Of a stretch of DNA of 64,000 bases, positions 62,171-64,000 are shown piece by piece. The translations under genes were made by a program, and so were the position numbers. The stretch lies in NCBI GenBank assembly GCA_965153285.1, contig OZ229113.1; one strand, written 5' to 3'. Within the stretch, counting starts at the first letter, position 1. Each line of letters opens with the position of its first letter. The stretch is from Podarcis tiliguerta. Lineage: Eukaryota. The notes under the pieces are model-generated. The model was not told the origin of the DNA and made no database searches. It was given only the letters and a program-made list of their open reading frames with translations.

Positions 62171-63819
62171 GTATATATTCTATATTTAATAGCTGGTCTA
62201 TCTATCTGCCTGTCTGTCTGTATGAGCATTTTAAAATCACTTGTAACCTGCTCCCATTCTTTTAGATAAAATCAAACATCAAACTACAACCTTCAGGGTA
62301 GTTCTATGAACCACACTGTTATCAGATTACAATCCTATCAAGGCACAATCCAGGCTGCCTACCTGGTATCCAACACTTCAATAGAGCTATTCTGATGTAA
62401 ACATTTGGAGGATTGTTGTCTAAAGCTACATATTGGCAACTGCACATAACCACGTGCATGAGACAACCATTGCAGTGAAAGTAAACAAGCTGAAGGAACC
62501 ATCACCAGCACTACCAACTACACCAGATCTTTTTTCTCTGCGGTTCATTAGGGGCCTCAATTCCACCTCAAATCTGTTGCAGAACTTTCATTGCAATTTC
62601 CCCCCACTATATATGCACACCATTTCTATTTAAGCTTAAGCATGTGTGGATTACAGTAGAAAGATTTGATTTGAGATAATGTTTTTCTATCAGGTATCAT
62701 TATATTCAATTAAGAAACATACATAAACAGACAGAGGCAAACATGACCCCTCTTCCAGCCCCTTCTCTATCAGTTCTGTTCCCTTTACTCCATCCATACG
62801 GCAAGCCATTAGCCACCTAGCACTCCAAAACAATTTAGTAGTTATACATCAAGTGGTGTCGACATCCGTATTAAAAGGGGGGGGGGGGGACCTACCATGC
62901 TGCGCATTTGTCCAACAAAGGGGCACTATGAGAAAACACAGTCCACTAGACACTGCATCATTTCAAAATAAGCATACAGTCCTGACAAGGTACTTTTCAC
63001 TAAGATTGTTAGATATGAGTTTTCTTTTTCCTTCAACGGGGCTTTGATTACTGGGGGGGGGGAGCTTCCCCCCACCACCACCACACAGCAGCAGATGTCA
63101 CTCATTTAGATACAGATAAATAAAAAACTTCACATGCATTCACAGAAAAATCAATATAGATACTAAAATATCTAACCTGATAATAAATTTCTGTTCTCTC
63201 ACACACATAGTTCAGGAGCGTCAGTATTTACTGGAACCACTGTAATATCAGATATTTCAGAGAAATATTGATTTTACTACTGAAGTGTGACTAAAGGGAT
63301 AAATAAACTGCTCTTGGGGTCAATCGATCCATTTATCTTCACTGTTATTTTAGAAGGGGTGAAGGCAGCATAATTTTTGATGAATGTTACCATGAAAGGA
63401 ACATGGGTAATTCTCAAGTTTGCAAAGAGAGGAGATAAGCAACTCTTCAATGAGTTCCCAAATTAAAATACTAACAATAACAATTGTGGGGCAGATATCC
63501 TCACCGATGATGCAAAAGGATGAGGGTGTTTTTTAAAAAAAGAATTACAAACTCTTTAAAAAGTAATACATGCGCTGAAGAATCTAGGCTAAGTAAGTAA
63601 GTAACTGGGTCAATTTGCATCCCATAGATTTAGCATTTTTATTCCTAATTAAACTTGCTAGTTGCTTGTCACCAAACAGATCTCCAATCAACTTCCATTG
63701 GTGTGTGGGTGGGTGGGTGTACAATATAAAAGAAAAATAATATAAACATTAAGATTCCATACAGCATATGTACATACACAAATACACAAATACATACACA
63801 AATCCCTAAGACAGTTGCA

Positions 63820-63985
63820 TAGCGCCTTGTATGCCTCCTACTAGCAACTCCTGCAGCCAAGCTGGTGCCCAATGTATTGCTCTGCTTTCCTTTGGGGGTC
63901 ATCACTGAGGCCAAGCCCAGCATCCCCCATACTCACTGCCCAGGCTTGTCCCCCAGAGAGATCACTTTTGGTGCTGCTAACACTG
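63820..63985 (+). mobile_element. non-autonomous RTE-related retroposon fragment
   Basis: Near copy of 38970-39160 (GCAACTCCTGCAGCCAAGCT..GGTGCTGCTAACAC). Confidence 0.65.
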
Positions 63986-64000
63986 CAAAAACAACATAGG

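Overview
AT-rich, repeat-dense vertebrate DNA, most likely from a lacertid lizard (Podarcis-like). This is inferred from the many Sauria/Squam1 SINEs with (ACCTTT)n tails, Squam3-like SINEs with (CTT)n tails and TA-flanked Tigger/pogo-type MITEs. I recognise no host protein-coding gene, RNA gene or CRISPR array, so the window looks like a large intron or gene desert. The only long intact ORF (22014-23396, minus) is the reverse-transcriptase C-terminal half of a young, 5'-truncated RTE-X-type LINE. It lies inside a heavily decayed Ty3/Gypsy element (about 18.5-25 kb, minus) whose gag, post-protease/RT-start, RT core and integrase remnants are still readable in order, and which has been split by several later insertions. 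Elsewhere are solo LTRs, L1/L2/CR1 fossils, hAT and Harbinger-like MITEs, inverted or nested SINE pairs, short tandem duplications, a 164-N assembly gap, and several CpG-retaining, homeodomain-motif-rich unique blocks that may be conserved enhancers. I found no evidence for a wholly new biological system; the best leads are ranked under findings. Family names come from recalled consensus features, not database searches.
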